Made by a program: the position numbers and the translations under genes
DNA from: an uncultured Helicobacteraceae bacterium
GTDB taxonomy: Bacteria; Campylobacterota; Campylobacteria; Campylobacterales; SZUA-545
Direction of reading: 5' to 3'
DNA length: 64,000 nucleotides
NCBI GenBank assembly: GCA_963542625.1
Contig: CAUTXO010000001.1
Span: forward strand, 3,068 to 67,067
Shown here: piece after piece, positions 36,669-45,980 of the stretch
Numbering within the stretch: position 1 is the first letter of the stretch
Layout: each line of letters starts with the position of its first letter
Notes under the pieces: generated by a model
Seen by the model: the letters and a program-made list of their open reading frames with translations, nothing else
What the model was told of the DNA's origin: nothing
The model's database searches: none

Positions 36669-37713
36669 TAATTTCCTTTACTATTTTTTCACACGCTCTG
36701 CCGTCGCCGTATAGGGGCTTAACCGGCTTTGAAACGCTTTTTATTTTTAGATAAGCATTTATCATACTATTGCCCCCCCCCCCGACCAGAACATTTGCGC
36801 CTTCATCTACTAGCTCGCTCCATTCTGTTTCATCTCTTGCAACAACGCAACGCTTACCAAAAAAATACGCTTCCTTTTGCAAACCGCCACTATCGGTTAT
36901 GGCAACTGAGCAATGCAAAAGCAGCCAGATCATCTCCAAATAGCCAACTGGATCTGTGACGCAAATATCGCCGGTAGAAATTCCAAAAGCATCAAGCGCG
37001 CCTTTTGTGCGTGGGTGGAGCGGCAAAACCACTTGCTCGTGCTTTGCAATTTCACGCAAGCCGCTAAAAATACTTTCAAGACGCGCTTTATCGTCCGTGT
37101 TTTCTGCTCTGTGAATGGTAGCAAGCACAAAGTTTGAGCTAAGATCTAGCCCCGGGCGCCTTGCTTTTTCTTTGTAATACAGGGCGCCGTCAAACATCAC
37201 ATCGCCACTATTTACAACGCGCACGCCAAAATTTCCAAAGCCCTCACGCTCTAAATTTTGCACGGCAAGATCCGTAGGGCAAAACAAAAACGCGCTTAGT
37301 CTGTCGGTTAAGATCCTGTTTATTTCTTCTGGCATTTTCATATTAAAACTACGCAAGCCCGCTTCAATATGCGCGATTTTTATATGCAACTTAGCAGCAG
37401 TAAGCGCCGCGGCTAGCGTTGAGTTTGTGTCGCCATAAACTAGCACAAGATCTGGTGATAGCTCTAGCATAACGCTCTCTAGCGCTTCCATCATTTTTGC
37501 CGTTTGCGCCGCGTGGGAATTTGCCCTGATGTTTAGCTTAAAGTGCGGTTTTGGAATGTCTAGCTCGTCAAAAAATATATCGCTCATATTAAGATCATAG
37601 TGCTGACCGGTATGGATTATAAACTCTTGTATCTCGGTGTTTTTTAGCGCCCGGCTAAAGCTTGCCGCCTTTATAAATTGCGGCCTGGCGCCTAAAACGG
37701 TTGCTATCTTCAT
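36649..37713 (-). CDS. wecB: UDP-N-acetylglucosamine 2-epimerase (non-hydrolysing type)
   Basis: MKIATVLGARPQFIKAA..., HTGQHYD, VLVYGDTNSTLA, HIEAGLRSFN, TDSGGLQKEA signature blocks. Confidence 0.9.
   Translation of the reverse strand: MKIATVLGARPQFIKAASFSRALKNTEIQEFIIHTGQHYDLNMSDIFFDELDIPKPHFKLNIRANSHAAQTAKMMEALESVMLELSPDLVLVYGDTNSTLAAALTAAKLHIKIAHIEAGLRSFNMKMPEEINRILTDRLSAFLFCPTDLAVQNLEREGFGNFGVRVVNSGDVMFDGALYYKEKARRPGLDLSSNFVLATIHRAENTDDKARLESIFSGLREIAKHEQVVLPLHPRTKGALDAFGISTGDICVTDPVGYLEMIWLLLHCSVAITDSGGLQKEAYFFGKRCVVARDETEWSELVDEGANVLVGGGGNSMINAYLKIKSVSKPVKPLYGDGRACEKIVKEIIESSAH
36773..36783 (-). repeat. Poly-G(11) homopolymer near the 3' end of wecB
   Basis: Run of 11 C on the + strand. 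It encodes VGGGGNS and lies about 105 nt upstream of the overlapping glycosyltransferase start. Confidence 0.95.
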
Positions 37714-39524
37714 TCTATGCCGCCAAAAACTTCAAGCCATTTTGCGTAGGCAATCACTCTCCAAAACTTACCGCTGTAAGCTTGCTTGCCGCTTATAAAC
37801 GCATCAAAATCGCTCAAGATCTTTTCATTTATATACTTGCTTTTTTGCGCCGCCAAAGCTAGCTCGTCCCGCAAAAAAACGTGATGCTTTTTAAACCAAA
37901 GCGCTTCAGGCGTTGCAAAACCTATCTTATCTTTTCTAGATGAAATGATTGCCGGCAAGATCTTAGCCAAAGCTTCACGCAAGATCCGTTTAGTTTGCCC
38001 ACGGTGAATTTTACGCGTTTTATCAGCACAAAGCAAAAACTCCACCAAGCGATAATCCAAAAACGGCAACCTAGATTCAACGGACGAAAACATAGAATTC
38101 CTATCTTCATAGTGCAAAAGCGCCGGTAGGTTGGTGTGGAAGATCTGCGCTAGGGACATTTTGGCTAGGTTACTGCTGCGCTCTCCATAATCTATATACG
38201 GGAATTTAACGTCTATGTTTTTAAATAAATCCGTATTTAGCCACGCGCTCTTTGCGGGCTTAACTAGCTTTTTTATAAACGCCGGCAGTGTGTAAAACAG
38301 CGCCCTGGCAATCAAATAAAACTTTGAAATACCGTGCATCTTGCTAAGGGCTGCTACTTCTTTTGTAAATAAGCCAAACTGAAACTTCACCAAGCATTCC
38401 GACAAAAACGAGTAAAAATATTCATTGTAGCCGCCTAAGATCTCATCGGCACCCTGACCGTCTAGCATAACCTTTATGCCAAGATCTTTCGCCCTTTCAA
38501 ACACGCAAAATTGCGCAAAAATGGACGTTGAAGCATAGGGAACATCTTGCGCGTATATGGTTTTTTTCAAAAAATCCGCATCAAGGAGCCTATCTAGATC
38601 TGGGTAGATCTTATGGCTTGCGATGTTTTTTTGGCTTGCCACACCATCTATAAACAAGCTCTCGTCTATGTTTTTATCCGCGTAGCAAGCGCTAACACAG
38701 TCTAGGCGCTTATCGCTCAAAACATCATCTGCCATAGAAACAATGGACGAGCTATCAAGCCCACCAGATAGACAAGATCCAACACTCACATCCGCCCTAA
38801 GCCGCAAAGAAACAGCGGATCTAAAAAGCTCCAAAAAGTCTGCGGATCTAGTCTGCGGCTCATACCACTTGCTGATACTATAAGAATTAGCTTGCAAGTC
38901 GTAAAGTAGCTTTTCGCCCGCGCACAGCTGCTTTATGGATCTAAAGAATGTATTTTGATTGTAGTCTATCAGCGCGTTTTGCAAAAAGTTATACACAGCT
39001 TCTTCATCAACGCACGCGTCAAAGTTTTCAAGGGCTACAAACTGCTTAATCTCCGAGCCAAACACAAAAAAATCACCTATTTTTGAGTAGTAAAAAGGCT
39101 TAACGCCAAACCTATCCCTAGCGCAAAAAACGGTTTTTTGTAGTTTGTCGTAAATGGCAAAAGCCCACATACCGTTTAAGCGCCATAAGCAATCTTGCCC
39201 AAAGAAATCATAGGCTGCTAAAATAACTTCCGTATCGCCAGCGGTTGTGAAGGCATAGCCCTTATCTAAAAGCTCTTGTTTTAATTCTTGGAAGTTGTAG
39301 ATCTCGCCGTTATATACAATCGTGTAGCGCTCCAAATAAGACATAGGCTGATTAGAACAAGCCCCAAGATCTACGATAGAAAGCCTGCGATGCCCAAGCG
39401 CCACGCCATCATCTACAAAAACACCCGAAGAATCTGGCCCCCTGTGCTTGACGGCGTCAAGCATAAGCGGCAAGTAGCCCTTTGGTATAGGCTTATTAGC
39501 TAGTATGCCTGCTATGCCACACAT
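37710..39524 (-). CDS. Asparagine synthase (glutamine-hydrolysing) family amidotransferase
   Basis: MCGIAG Ntn nucleophile, HRRLSIVD and PP-loop CLSGGLDSSSIVSMA. Confidence 0.85.
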   Translation of the reverse strand: MCGIAGILANKPIPKGYLPLMLDAVKHRGPDSSGVFVDDGVALGHRRLSIVDLGACSNQPMSYLERYTIVYNGEIYNFQELKQELLDKGYAFTTAGDTEVILAAYDFFGQDCLWRLNGMWAFAIYDKLQKTVFCARDRFGVKPFYYSKIGDFFVFGSEIKQFVALENFDACVDEEAVYNFLQNALIDYNQNTFFRSIKQLCAGEKLLYDLQANSYSISKWYEPQTRSADFLELFRSAVSLRLRADVSVGSCLSGGLDSSSIVSMADDVLSDKRLDCVSACYADKNIDESLFIDGVASQKNIASHKIYPDLDRLLDADFLKKTIYAQDVPYASTSIFAQFCVFERAKDLGIKVMLDGQGADEILGGYNEYFYSFLSECLVKFQFGLFTKEVAALSKMHGISKFYLIARALFYTLPAFIKKLVKPAKSAWLNTDLFKNIDVKFPYIDYGERSSNLAKMSLAQIFHTNLPALLHYEDRNSMFSSVESRLPFLDYRLVEFLLCADKTRKIHRGQTKRILREALAKILPAIISSRKDKIGFATPEALWFKKHHVFLRDELALAAQKSKYINEKILSDFDAFISGKQAYSGKFWRVIAYAKWLEVFGGIE

Positions 39525-40461
39525 TTATAAACTTCCTTATAAGGGCATTTGGCAAATTCAAAACGCTTGCTACGTATTTGTTTATAGGGCGCATCTTTAG
39601 CCCTAATAATAAATGATGCCCCCCCCCCGCAGCTATTTTTTGAAAAAACCTAAGCAAGGCTATATTTAGCGTGTTATAAACGTTGGTGCTAAAATCTTGC
39701 CTACCGTCAAAAAACCCATAGCGCGTCCAGATGCTGTAAAAATTCCAAATGCTAAGATTTGAGTTTAGAAAATCTAAGCCTAATTTAAAATCCGGCGCAT
39801 ACGTATTGTCTTCTAGCGATAGCTCGTAAATGCCAACAAGAGAGAATAAAAACCCGTCCAAAACAAGGCTTAGCGGATAAGCCGCGTATTCTTCAAAATA
39901 GACCTTGCCATTATGCGTGGCTCTTACCCCGCCGTTTGCAATATCTATCCTATACATATTAGCACCCGCGCGCGCAAGATCTAAGTATTTGCCGTCCCTT
40001 GTAAAATGAAACCACCTAATCAAAAGGCTTATAATCAAGCCTTGCGCCATTGCAGAAACCCAGCCGCTTTTAAGGAGCGTTTTGCCGTTGTGCCAATTAA
40101 AATTATAAGGCCACTTTTTGGCGCCAATACCACCCGCGCTATGATCTAAGCAAGACGCTTCAATCCAAGCAACAGCCGAAGAAACGCGGTTTATAAAGAT
40201 CTCATCGCTAGTTTCTAAAAACTTTTGAAAGTTCAAAAGCCCATAATACGCAAGATAAGACGGATTCACAAAAAAACCATCATCATAGCGCGTTAGCAAA
40301 ACGCCCGCGCTATCTATTTTGTATCTCTGCCCTAGCGCAAGAGTGCCTATTTGCCAAAGATCTTGGCTATAAAAAACATACTTGCCTGCGTGTGAATAAT
40401 CATCGTTTAAGCGCACATCAACATCTTGGCAAAAATCTTTGAAGTAGGTCATTATTTCCAA
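39496..40461 (-). CDS. D-glucuronyl C5-epimerase C-terminal-domain-like protein
   Basis: SGWVSAMAQGLIISLLIR...TRDGKYLDLA...GGV...YFEEY...LVLDGFLFSLVGIYELS matches the conserved blocks of the glucuronyl C5-epimerase C-terminal family. An alternative ATG lies at 40452. Confidence 0.65.
   Translation of the reverse strand: MEIMTYFKDFCQDVDVRLNDDYSHAGKYVFYSQDLWQIGTLALGQRYKIDSAGVLLTRYDDGFFVNPSYLAYYGLLNFQKFLETSDEIFINRVSSAVAWIEASCLDHSAGGIGAKKWPYNFNWHNGKTLLKSGWVSAMAQGLIISLLIRWFHFTRDGKYLDLARAGANMYRIDIANGGVRATHNGKVYFEEYAAYPLSLVLDGFLFSLVGIYELSLEDNTYAPDFKLGLDFLNSNLSIWNFYSIWTRYGFFDGRQDFSTNVYNTLNIALLRFFQKIAAGGGHHLLLGLKMRPINKYVASVLNLPNALIRKFINVWHSRHTS
39619..39628 (-). repeat. Poly-G(10) homopolymer in the C5-epimerase-like gene
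   Basis: Run of 10 C on the + strand. It encodes AAGGGHH and lies about 95 nt upstream of the overlapping AsnB-family start. Confidence 0.95.
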
Positions 40462-41294
40462 GCTTTAACGTAAGAAAACCAACCAAGCTTGCCCTCAAAA
40501 CTTTCCAAAAAGCCCTTTGGCAATAAATACCCAATAGGCCAAAACATCCATTTCTGAACAAGCTTATTAAACACATACACGTATCGAAATTCAGACATCA
40601 TAGATCTAAGCTCATCGTTTGAATACATATCGCCCTTTGGGTTGCCAAAGCCATCAACGGCATTTAAAAGCTCCTTTCTAGACATACCAAGATAGCGCGG
40701 GTGTATAAACGGTAGCATATTGAAGTTCCACATACTAAGCAAGCTGTTTTTATGATAAAACATCATTATTAGGCGCCCCCCCCCCCGCAGGACTCTATAA
40801 GCTTCGTTTATCGCCTTTTGCGTGTTTGGTGTGTGATGCAAAACTCCCATTGAGCACACGCAATCAAACGTGTTATCTTCAAACGGCAACTCTTCAGCAT
40901 TTGCAACAAAAATATCCCCGCTAAGCCCCAAAGATCTAAAGCGGCTTTTTGTTATATCCACAGCCGTTTGCGTAATGTCTATTCCCGTTACAAAGGCCCC
41001 GTTTTTTGCGTAATGGCTAAGCACATAACCGTTACCACAACCTATATCCAAAACCTTTTTGCCACTAAAGCTCGGATACTCGTGCAAGTTATAAGAAAAT
41101 TCCAAACTCTCGTTTTTTTCTCTAAAGGCATCGCCTTTTTTGAAATACATTTCGCTACCAAATTCTTCATTAATGGCGCTTGAACCTACCGGGTTTTTAT
41201 CCCAAAACTCTTTAACATCGTCAATCGTAATACTCAGCTTATATCCTTTATAAAACACCGCAACATCTAGTGCAAGCCGGAAACATTCCAACAC
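40452..41294 (-). CDS. Class I SAM-dependent methyltransferase
   Basis: KVLDIGCGNGYVLSHYA motif I, FDCVCSMGVLHHTP and GGRLIMMF. Confidence 0.8.
   Translation of the reverse strand: MLECFRLALDVAVFYKGYKLSITIDDVKEFWDKNPVGSSAINEEFGSEMYFKKGDAFREKNESLEFSYNLHEYPSFSGKKVLDIGCGNGYVLSHYAKNGAFVTGIDITQTAVDITKSRFRSLGLSGDIFVANAEELPFEDNTFDCVCSMGVLHHTPNTQKAINEAYRVLRGGGRLIMMFYHKNSLLSMWNFNMLPFIHPRYLGMSRKELLNAVDGFGNPKGDMYSNDELRSMMSEFRYVYVFNKLVQKWMFWPIGYLLPKGFLESFEGKLGWFSYVKAWK
40776..40786 (-). repeat. Poly-G(11) homopolymer in the methyltransferase gene
   Basis: Run of 11 C on the + strand. It encodes LRGGGRL. Confidence 0.95.
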
Positions 41295-42336
41295 GCCTTA
41301 GCGAGCTTCTAAAATCTTTCATTTTTTTACCATTCCAAATACTTCCAAAACTTTCTTTCATAATATTTCCCATCACGATATGAAAACAGCGCGTCATAAT
41401 AATCACATCACCGTTAGCCATAAACTGCGCCTGCTCCCAAGGGACGCGACAGTGATCCCTTGAAAATATTTTTTTAGGATCCGTAAAATACATTTTTGCA
41501 TCTTCAGCACTATTAAAATAAGGAGTTTGTATAAGATGAACCCCCCCCCCTTGCTTAATAATTTTTGCCGCTTTCTGAAGATTTTCATACATCAGATCAT
41601 AATCAATTGTTTCAGGGAAAATCGAGCTAATGCACGTTGGTGTGGCGCGCGCTATATCGCCAAAGTATTTGTTGTGTGTATTTGCCATATCCTGCGTAAC
41701 AAAATTCAAATGAGAAAACGCAACTTGCGTTGGGTGGATCTTAATAACTTCACGCGCAAAATCTTCCAAATGCAAGTAATTCCAATCCGACACAACGTGA
41801 TTTATCAGCCTTTCTTTTATGCCAAGATCCTTAGCCCTTAAAAAACCTTCAACGGCATTGGCGTAAGATTTGCCACCCCCGCCTCTTATTTTGTCGTGAA
41901 TCTCTGCTGTGCCGTCTAAAGAGATAGAAAGCGTATCAAGCCCGGCTGAAGCTAGGTCGTCTATTTTTTTAGGAAGCAAAAGCCCGTTTGTACCAACTTG
42001 CGTTTTGCAACCCTTTTTCTTGGCGTATTCAATTGCCGCTGGCAAATGCTTCCAAAGCAAGGGCTCGGTAGAAATAATGGCAATCACCGGGCGCACGGGG
42101 GCTAGCTCATCCACAATGCGCTTAAAAACTTCAAGCGGCATATCCATATTCGCCGAAAGCATGTTAAGCGTAAATTGTGTATCCGTTTGGTTTTGCCCCA
42201 CATCGCACATCTTGCAAAACAAGTTACAACGCGAATTGACTATTATATAAACCATCTTAGGCCACAAAGCGCTACTGCCTAAAAGGTGGCGGTTTATCTT
42301 TAGCCTAACGTATGGCACTAAATTTTTTAATTGCAT
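41248..42336 (-). CDS. Radical SAM enzyme with C-terminal Cys-rich (SPASM/twitch-like) region
   Basis: IVNSRCNLFCKMCDV CX3CX2C motif and C-terminal Cys residues (DHCRVPW...TRCF...PACTRCCG). The preferred ATG at 42336 (MQLKNLV...) overlaps the upstream stop (TGATG). The longest ORF extends to 42381. Confidence 0.8.
   Translation of the reverse strand: MQLKNLVPYVRLKINRHLLGSSALWPKMVYIIVNSRCNLFCKMCDVGQNQTDTQFTLNMLSANMDMPLEVFKRIVDELAPVRPVIAIISTEPLLWKHLPAAIEYAKKKGCKTQVGTNGLLLPKKIDDLASAGLDTLSISLDGTAEIHDKIRGGGGKSYANAVEGFLRAKDLGIKERLINHVVSDWNYLHLEDFAREVIKIHPTQVAFSHLNFVTQDMANTHNKYFGDIARATPTCISSIFPETIDYDLMYENLQKAAKIIKQGGGVHLIQTPYFNSAEDAKMYFTDPKKIFSRDHCRVPWEQAQFMANGDVIIMTRCFHIVMGNIMKESFGSIWNGKKMKDFRSSLRRVGMFPACTRCCGVL
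41541..41550 (-). repeat. Poly-G(10) homopolymer in the radical SAM gene
   Basis: Run of 10 C on the + strand. It encodes KQGGGVH. Confidence 0.95.
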
Positions 42337-43508
42337 CAGGCAAGCTCTTTTTTCAAAATAACAAAATCGCCGTCTTTCCACTGCGTGCCATTAAAAGATC
42401 CGTTAACAATAAGCTCAAAACTATCCCTTAAATACCCCGCCATACTTTCCGTGCTGTGCTTTTTGTAGACAAGATCTTGCGCCGCTGCTGCAACGCCTTC
42501 GTAATCTTTTATATTGCGTAATAGATCTTTAATCTGCCTTATTGGATCCCCAAGATCTAGCTCCACATAATGCACGTTTTCTTTAAAGCCCATATCAGAA
42601 AATCCATAAGGCGCCACACAAAGCAAAAGCGATTTGTTAGCCGGGATCTCAAAAAACTTCCTAATAGCGGTTTTGTATTGGCTACCATCGGTAAAGGAGA
42701 TCTTAGACGTCGCCAAATGCTCTTCAAAAATAAAGTTATAAAGCTTCATCGTTACGATGTTTGAATACGGCTTAAGCCCCAACCTATTAAAAAGCGAATA
42801 CGCAAAGTTATGGATCCTGCGCGGCATAGTGATCTCTTTTGCTTGCTTAACCTGCTCTCTTAACGCCCGGCGCTGATAATAAAGCACGCCCTCTACGGAA
42901 AAATCGTATTTTCTGTGCTCTAGGCAAGAGTATCTAAATTCACTAGGTGCAATGGTATGGTAAAAAGAAATTGTCCTGTGCTTATACCTATTTACAAACT
43001 CGTAATAATCGTCATTTAAAAGCCCTACGTGCTTTTCTTTGTCTATGCCGGGGAGATCTTTCATCGCAACTAAATATTGCGTCCCCATACCTATATAATA
43101 AGCGCCCTGTTCTTCGTAGGCCTTCATAATGTACGTCGGAAAATTGTGAAAGTCAAACATTTCCTTAAAGACGAGGTTTGTATTTTTCAAAGACGCTATA
43201 TCCCTAGCAATAGCCGGCAAATAATAAATGTGTTCTATTGGGTAGTGAATAAACCTATATTTTCTGTATTCGTTTAGGTATTTTGCGTTGATTGGTTGGG
43301 TGGAAAAATACGGAAAGCAAATATCATCAACGACAATATCAAAGCCACCGTGCCTTTCTATGTAAGCGTTCAAGCCCTCTTTTAGCGTTTTTTCATCGGA
43401 AAACCCTGGTCCAAAAAAATAAGCGTTTAATTTTCTAAAGATGGTTAAATAGTTTCTATCTGTAGGGTTTAAATACTCATTGTAAGCACCGATGTAAAGT
43501 ATCCTCAC
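42336..43508 (-). CDS. Hypothetical protein, possibly a CgeB-like glycosyltransferase-family domain
   Basis: 390 aa. The C-terminal half (IRKFFEIPANKSLLLC...VHYVELD...IKDLL...) loosely resembles Glyco_trans_1_2/CgeB-type domains. GTGA overlap with the upstream stop. Confidence 0.45.
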   Translation of the reverse strand: MRILYIGAYNEYLNPTDRNYLTIFRKLNAYFFGPGFSDEKTLKEGLNAYIERHGGFDIVVDDICFPYFSTQPINAKYLNEYRKYRFIHYPIEHIYYLPAIARDIASLKNTNLVFKEMFDFHNFPTYIMKAYEEQGAYYIGMGTQYLVAMKDLPGIDKEKHVGLLNDDYYEFVNRYKHRTISFYHTIAPSEFRYSCLEHRKYDFSVEGVLYYQRRALREQVKQAKEITMPRRIHNFAYSLFNRLGLKPYSNIVTMKLYNFIFEEHLATSKISFTDGSQYKTAIRKFFEIPANKSLLLCVAPYGFSDMGFKENVHYVELDLGDPIRQIKDLLRNIKDYEGVAAAAQDLVYKKHSTESMAGYLRDSFELIVNGSFNGTQWKDGDFVILKKELA

Positions 43509-44176
43509 AAAAATCCTTCGTTAAAGATCTTATCAATCACGCTAAGTCCGCCTAAAAACTCGCTTGTATTCACCTGCGCGTAAGCTTGTGGCGCAAAGTT
43601 TTGCGCGAGCAATTCTATCTTTGATTCTCTGAATTTTGCCGCGTCTTGGTAGCCACCCGCACCCCCGCCATACATATACGCCCCGCACCCCGCCGCGCGC
43701 ACTAGGTCAATTAGCAATTCATTAGAAGAAGAGCAAAAGCCAAAGCTTGAAGCAAACAAGATCTTGCCGGCTGTCTTAATCCCAAAGCGCTCACAAATGG
43801 CAAGAATGGCCTGCACGTTATACTCCGCCACGTTTTCTTTGGCGCATTCAACTAGCCCAAAGATAAAATCCGCGTGCTCCTTAAAATGCGGCGCGCGCGC
43901 GTAATTTGCCTTGAGCGTTTTAACAGCCTTTGCGCGCCAAGCTTCACCGGCAAAAAGCGTCTCGTTTATTTTCCAAAGCCCACGCGGGCGCACAATTGGC
44001 GCGGTTAGCCAAGCCTTGCGCCCGGCAATGTTTATCGCCACGCGGTTTGTGTATGTGCCGCTGCCCTTTTTCTCAAATTGCACGCTGTCTAAAAACACAA
44101 AGCGGTCGGCGCGGCGAATCTTGTCAAAAAACCCAAGCCAAGGGAAAAAGTTTGGCTGATGAATGGCGCAAATCAT
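43505..44176 (-). CDS. WbqC-family protein
   Basis: MICAIHQPNFFPWLGFFDKI...FVFLDSVQF is the characteristic WbqC N-terminal signature. ATGA overlap. Confidence 0.75.
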   Translation of the reverse strand: MICAIHQPNFFPWLGFFDKIRRADRFVFLDSVQFEKKGSGTYTNRVAINIAGRKAWLTAPIVRPRGLWKINETLFAGEAWRAKAVKTLKANYARAPHFKEHADFIFGLVECAKENVAEYNVQAILAICERFGIKTAGKILFASSFGFCSSSNELLIDLVRAAGCGAYMYGGGAGGYQDAAKFRESKIELLAQNFAPQAYAQVNTSEFLGGLSVIDKIFNEGFL

Positions 44177-44694
44177 CTAAAAAGGCTCATAATCGCAAGA
44201 TCTCTAAGCTCGCCGTCTATAAAAGCGTGGCGCCTTAGCAAGCCCTCGCGCACAAAGCCAAGCCGCTCGTATAATCTCGCCGCGCGCGTATTAAAGTCAA
44301 AAACATACAGGTAAATTTTTTGCAAGTCTAGCGCGCCAAAGCCGTAAGAGATAAGCTTGCCTAAGGCGCGGCTGCCGTAGCCTTTGGACGTGTAGGCAAG
44401 ATCTATGCGCGCGCGTAGCTCGGCGGTTTTGCTTACAAGATCTATGCCGTATAGCCCACAAGATCCAATAAGCTCATCGCCCAAAAAAATGCCAAAAAAC
44501 ACCGTGCTTGCATCGCGCCTTAGGGCGTCAAACCACTCCGCGTGGCTTTTAAAATCCACCGGCTTATAGCGGGCGCTAAAGCGCACAAGGTCAGCGTCGT
44601 TAATAAGCTCAAAAAGCCGCGCAAGATCTTGTTCGCCCCGCACCGCGCCAAGCCTTAGTGCGCTTTGGTTGGCGCCGCTGCTTAGCGCTTCCAC
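44173..44694 (-). CDS. GNAT-family N-acetyltransferase
   Basis: About 170 aa. Acetyl-CoA-binding-type segment (YTSKGYGSRALGKLISYGF) and a C-terminal ...RLYERLGFVREG. Confidence 0.75.
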   Translation of the reverse strand: MEALSSGANQSALRLGAVRGEQDLARLFELINDADLVRFSARYKPVDFKSHAEWFDALRRDASTVFFGIFLGDELIGSCGLYGIDLVSKTAELRARIDLAYTSKGYGSRALGKLISYGFGALDLQKIYLYVFDFNTRAARLYERLGFVREGLLRRHAFIDGELRDLAIMSLFR

Positions 44695-45413
44695 GTGTCT
44701 TCCAAGCGGATCTTATAATCCGCGCGCGTGGCGGCGTATCTGTGATTTGGCGCAAACGCCGCGTCTAGCCCCGCTAAATACGAGCTAAGCATTTTGTTAA
44801 GCGGTTGTTCGTAGGTGTTGCCCCCCCCCCCGGAGAGATGAAACGGGTGGAAAAGCACCTGTATAAGCCTTGTGCGCGATGTTTGCAAAAAGCTTTCTGG
44901 GTCTTTGTTTCTGAAAGAAAAGCAAGAGTCGCTCATATAAATTTCATCGCTGAAAATCCGGCTGTCATACGCGCTAAGCAGCCCCGTGTTTTCCAAATAA
45001 ATATTATGAATACTGGGGCTGTGCATACTAAAAGACGCCACGCGCTCTTGCGTTAGATCTTCTAGCATTTGGCACTCTTTTTGTAAAAGCGCGGTTAGCT
45101 CAAGCGGATCTGCGGCGTTATAAACAAGCGGGTCAAAGTGCAAGCCAACCTCTGCGCGGCTTGCCATACGGCGCAAAAGCCCGCGTGAATGCGTGCTAAA
45201 GGCGTTGTAAAGTGGCGAGGTCAAAAGCACGTAATAAGTGGCGCGAATCCCAAGATCTACCTCACGCTCAAAGAGTTCGTAGGCAATATCTATGGACGCG
45301 TCTATGTCGTGGCGCAATAAGATCCCGTGCTTTAGGCTTTGAAAGTCTTTGATTTGGTGCGTTTCATACTTAGCGATTGTCTCTAAGTAGATCTCTTGTT
45401 TAAACATATTCAT
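44682..45413 (-). CDS. Polysaccharide-deacetylase-like protein (tentative)
   Basis: GILLRHDIDASIDIA...GIRATYYVL resembles the N-terminal metal-binding region of divergent CE4-like deacetylases found in O-antigen loci. Weak. Confidence 0.5.
   Translation of the reverse strand: MNMFKQEIYLETIAKYETHQIKDFQSLKHGILLRHDIDASIDIAYELFEREVDLGIRATYYVLLTSPLYNAFSTHSRGLLRRMASRAEVGLHFDPLVYNAADPLELTALLQKECQMLEDLTQERVASFSMHSPSIHNIYLENTGLLSAYDSRIFSDEIYMSDSCFSFRNKDPESFLQTSRTRLIQVLFHPFHLSGGGGNTYEQPLNKMLSSYLAGLDAAFAPNHRYAATRADYKIRLEDTWKR
44821..44831 (-). repeat. Poly-G(11) homopolymer in the deacetylase-like gene
   Basis: Run of 11 C on the + strand. It encodes LSGGGGNT. Confidence 0.95.
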
Positions 45414-45443
45414 AGCTATCCTTAAAAACGCAAATTGTAACGC

Positions 45444-45980
45444 TTAGGGGTTTAAAGGCGCTAGGCGTCTTAGCTCTTTTGCTGGCGTGCCAGCGTAAAT
45501 GCCAAAGGGGGCTAGATCTTTAGTAACCACGCTGCCCGCGCCCACAATGCTTGACTTGCCGATTGTTACACCGGGCAAAATAACGGCATTTGCGCCTATC
45601 CAAACGTCGTCTTCTATGACGACCTTTTTGGCTGCAATCGTGCCCTTTGTGTGAAGCGCGATGATGTTGCAAAGCTCAGAATTATTCGGCGATGAAGAGC
45701 AAATCACGGTAACGCCCGGCGCAATCGCCACGCGCGCGCCAATTTTAAGCAGCGGCTCGTAATCATCAGAGACGATGAAGTTTTGATTAATCACGCTGCC
45801 ATCTCCGATGAAAACGCCCGTCATTGCAAAAAAGATCTTGCGCGTTTTGTTGTCCGGGTGATTTGCGCCCAGCCAGCGCAAGAGTTTGTCCGGCAAAGCG
45901 CGCGCGGTTTTTCTGATTTTTTCATCGCTCATATCCGCGTAATCAAACATTAGCTCGTTAATTATTTTGCTGTTCGTCAT
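45444..45980 (-). CDS. Hexapeptide-repeat (LbH) acyl/acetyltransferase
   Basis: Repeated [LIV]G-x4 hexapeptide pattern (IGARVAIAPGVTVI..., IEDDVWIGANAVILPGVTIGKSSIVGAGSVV). Confidence 0.8.
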   Translation of the reverse strand: MTNSKIINELMFDYADMSDEKIRKTARALPDKLLRWLGANHPDNKTRKIFFAMTGVFIGDGSVINQNFIVSDDYEPLLKIGARVAIAPGVTVICSSSPNNSELCNIIALHTKGTIAAKKVVIEDDVWIGANAVILPGVTIGKSSIVGAGSVVTKDLAPFGIYAGTPAKELRRLAPLNP

